A stretch of DNA of 64,000 bases from Acidobacteriota bacterium (GTDB lineage Bacteria; Acidobacteriota; UBA890; WLXD01), in contig CAXWPH010000015.1 of NCBI GenBank assembly GCA_963666055.2, positions 1,248,001-1,312,000 of the forward strand. The letters run 5' to 3'. Shown here piece after piece: positions 60,844 through 64,000 of this stretch (the stretch's first letter is position 1; every line of letters begins with the position of its first letter). The notes beneath the pieces are model-generated. The model was not told the origin of the DNA. It ran no database searches and worked only from the letters and a program-made list of their open reading frames with translations. The translations under genes and the position numbers were made by a program.

Positions 60844-63198
60844 ATGGAACCCGGTACCGAACTAGGCCACTACGAGATCCTCACGCTGCTTGGTGCAGGC
60901 GGCATGGGCGAGGTGTATCGAGCCCGCGATACCACGCTGGATCGTGATGTCGCCATCAAGGTGCTGCCGAAGGACTTCGCCAGTGACGCTGGCCGGCTGG
61001 CTCGCTTCGAGCGCGAAGCCAAGCTGCTCGCCTCGCTGAACCACCCCAACATCGCCACCATCTTCGGGTTCGAGGAATCGGATGGTGTGCGCTTCATCGC
61101 CATGGAGTTGGTGGAGGGTCAGAGCCTCGCCGAGCGGATAGAAGCGTCCGGTCGCATTGAGGTCGATGAGGCGCTAGAGATCGCTCGCCGGATCGCGCTG
61201 GCACTGGAAGCGGCTCATGAGGCCGGTGTCATCCATCGTGACTTGAAGCCGGCCAACGTACAGGTGACTCCCGACGGCACCGTCAAGGTGCTCGACTTCG
61301 GGCTGGCCAAAGCCTACGCAGCGGATGGCAGCGATCCGTCGTCCGGCCTGAGCCAGTCACCCACCATAATGGCCGCCACGGGCACCGGCGTGATCATGGG
61401 CACGGCTCCCTACATGAGCCCAGAGCAGGCACGGGGTCAGCCGGTCGATAAGCGCAGCGACATCTGGTCGTTCGGCTGTGTCCTGTACGAGATGCTCGCT
61501 GGCAAGCGCACCTTCGACGGTAAGACCGTCAGCGACACACTGGCATCGATCCTTAAAGAGGAGCCAGATTGGGCGGCTCTGCCGCAGACGACCTCCCCGC
61601 TCATCCAGCTTCTGCTGCGTCAGTGCCTGGAGAAAGAACCTGATCGGCGACTCCACGACATCGCCGATGCGCGGATTGGCATCGTCAATACCATCAACGA
61701 CCCAGATGGGGGCCTCGGTCTGACGGCTGGCTCGGGTGAGGCTGCGAAGCCGTCTTGGTGGCAAACTATCCCGACACCTGTGGCAGCCGGTCTAGGCGTC
61801 GGCATCGCCGCAGTGACAGCCCTTGCGGTCTGGACCCTGACGACCCAAAACCAACAGCCGCCTGCGCCTCCCATGCACCTGGAGTTGAGGCTAACCGATG
61901 AAGATCTCAACCTAGCTTTTGGTGGAGCCGTCCTATCGCCGGATGGCACGCAGATCGTCTACGTCGCGGGTCCTCCATTCGACCCGGAGTTATACGTTCG
62001 CTCGCTGGATCAGCAAGAGAGTACTCGCCTAGTCTCTGGCTCTGCATTCAGACCGTTCTTCTCCCCGGACGGCCAATGGGTGGGGTTTTTCACCAACTCC
62101 GAACTGAAGAAAGTGCCCGTCTGGGCGGCACGCCTCAGACGATCTGTTCCGTCGATTCTGCTGGACCTCGAGACAGAGGCGCAAGCTGGGGGCTGGACGA
62201 CACAATTATCTTCGGCGGCTCCTCCGGTCTCTACGGCGTGTCCGCCAGCGGGGGGGAGCCGGAACCATTGACTCAACTCGAACAAGGGGAGGTCTGGCAC
62301 GCTTACCCACAGGTGCTGCTTGACGGTAAGGCGATGCTGTTCACCTCCTTCGCGGACGAACGCTCGCCTGTCACCGAAGTGCTGGATCTAGGGACGAGGC
62401 AACGAAGGGTCGTGCAGCAGGGCGGACAGGGACGCTACGTACCCACGGGGCATCTCGTGTATCACGATCAGGGAACCCTGTTTGCCGTCGCGTTTGATCT
62501 GGGAGAGCTGGAGGTCGCCCGATGGAGAGTGGGTTTTCTTCGCGTCGGATCGGAGTGGCAATAACGATATCTTCAAGCGCCGGACTGACCGGAGTCTCGA
62601 CGCCGAGCTGGTGTTGGATACAGAGGCTGACGTGTTGCCGTGGTCGATCTCGGACGACGGTGAGATGCTGCTTTTTGTGAGCGGGAACCTCTCGAATCTC
62701 GACGTGGGGATACTGGCTCTCGATACAGGTGATACGGAAATGCTCGTCGATACCGCCGATATGGAGACTTGGCCCAGTTTCTCGCCGGACGGTCGCTTCA
62801 TCGCCTTCATGTCGAACGAGACCGGGCAGGGCGAGGTGTACGTGCGGGAGGTATCGAGCGGTCGGACATTTCCGGTCTCTACGAGTACCCGCGGTGGTGC
62901 TGCCCCTGTCTGGTCGCGAGATGGAAGGGAGATTTACTACGTCTCCTCCAACAGCCCCGGCATCCTCGTTGCGGAAGTGGATTTGGAGTCGTTTTCCGCA
63001 TCTGACCCTGTCGAAGTCTCGGACATCGCCATGCGTTCCTTTTCCAACTTCGATGTCACCGCCGACGGCCAGAAGTTCCTGGTGACGGTGCCCGCTGGTA
63101 ATGATGAGACTGGGGACACGGCACCCAGCGCACGACTCAACGTGGTCCTCAACTGGTTCGAGGAATTGAACCGGCTAGTGCCGACGGGTGGCTCTTGA
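60844..63198 (+). pseudogene. Ser/Thr protein kinase-TM-TolB propeller gene with a frameshift (about 62120) and an internal deletion (about 62515)
   Basis: GAGGMG, VAIK, HRDLKPAN, DFGLAK, GTAPYMSPEQ; propeller continues in other frames; ends VLNWFEELNRLVPT. Confidence 0.85.
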
Positions 63199-64000
63199 TG
63201 ATCGGCAAGACGCTCGGCCACTACGAGATCCTCGCCCCGCTTGGTGCAGGCGGCATGGGACAGGTGTATCGAGCCCGCGACACGACGCTGGATCGTGATG
63301 TCGCCATCAAGGTGCTGCCAGAGGACTTCGCCAGCGATGCTGGTCGGCTGGCTCGATTCGAGCGTGAAGCCAAGCTGCTTGCCTCCCTGAACCACCCCAA
63401 CATCGCGACGATCTTCGGCTTTGAGGAATCCGACGGTGTGCGTTTCATCGCCATGGAGCTGGTCGAGGGGCAGACTCTCGCGGAGCAGATCAACGCCTCT
63501 GGGCGCATCCCGGTCGCCGTGGCACTCGAAATCGCTCGTCAGATCGCCCTCGCGCTCGAAGCAGCTCACGAGGCCGGCGTTATCCATCGCGACCTGAAGC
63601 CGGACAACGTCAAGATCACGCTTGACTTCAAGGTCAAGGTGCTCGACTTCGGCCTGGCCAAAGCCTACACGTTAGACGGCACCGAGCCGTCGTCCGACCT
63701 GACCCTGTCACCCACCACGATGCAACCCACGGTCACCGGCGTGATCATGGGTACGGCTCCCTACATGAGCCCGGAGCAGGCACGGGGTCAGCCAGTCGAC
63801 AAGCGCACTGACATCTGGGCCTTCGGCTGTGTGCTCTACGAGATGCTGGCCGGCAAGCGTGCCTTCGATGGTAAGACCATCATCGACACCATGGCGGCGA
63901 TTCTCAAAGAGGAACCGGAATGGGGCAGTGTTCCAGACGAGGTGCCGTGGAGAGTCGTCGACCTGTTGCGGCTGTGCATGGTGAAGAATTCCGACCGACG
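63198..64000 (+). CDS. Ser/Thr protein kinase (runs off the window end)
   Basis: MIGKTLGHYEILAPLGAGGMG, VAIK, HRDLKPDN, DFGLAK, GTAPYMSPEQ; TGATG overlap with the upstream gene. Confidence 0.9.
   Translation, partial: MIGKTLGHYEILAPLGAGGMGQVYRARDTTLDRDVAIKVLPEDFASDAGRLARFEREAKLLASLNHPNIATIFGFEESDGVRFIAMELVEGQTLAEQINASGRIPVAVALEIARQIALALEAAHEAGVIHRDLKPDNVKITLDFKVKVLDFGLAKAYTLDGTEPSSDLTLSPTTMQPTVTGVIMGTAPYMSPEQARGQPVDKRTDIWAFGCVLYEMLAGKRAFDGKTIIDTMAAILKEEPEWGSVPDEVPWRVVDLLRLCMVKNSDR

Noticed and set aside
60844-64000. Tandem near-identical kinase 5' regions as DGR template and variable repeats
   Set aside because: Differences are not adenine-specific and no reverse transcriptase gene is visible; ordinary paralogy explains them

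Overview
High-GC bacterial window, probably Acidobacteriota (inferred from the VWFA-type protein and the expanded Ser/Thr kinase-TM-TolB propeller family). It reads as an accessory, heavily rearranged region. Intact genes mostly encode exported or periplasmic enzymes: PQQ dehydrogenases, a cytochrome c-copper monooxygenase-like fusion, two Tat-signal Rieske oxygenases, agmatinase and amidohydrolase lipoproteins, serine hydrolases, CapA and an M14 peptidase. Also present are katG, psd-pssA and a GntR-headed amino-acid catabolic operon. Between these lie many abutting gene fragments, IS3/IS6/MITE scars and tRNA-derived att-like scars. Best candidates for undescribed biology: (1) Rieske non-heme iron oxygenases carrying twin-arginine signals, with a stretched Rieske motif and no reductase gene in the window, one of them divergent from a cytochrome c-Cu monooxygenase/PQQ dehydrogenase operon (a possible periplasmic oxygenation system); (2) a repeated promoter plus kinase-start module, in one case fused in frame to an unrelated lipoprotein gene. 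No rRNA, intact tRNA, CRISPR array or intact integrase was seen. All family assignments come from motif recognition by eye; no database searches were run.
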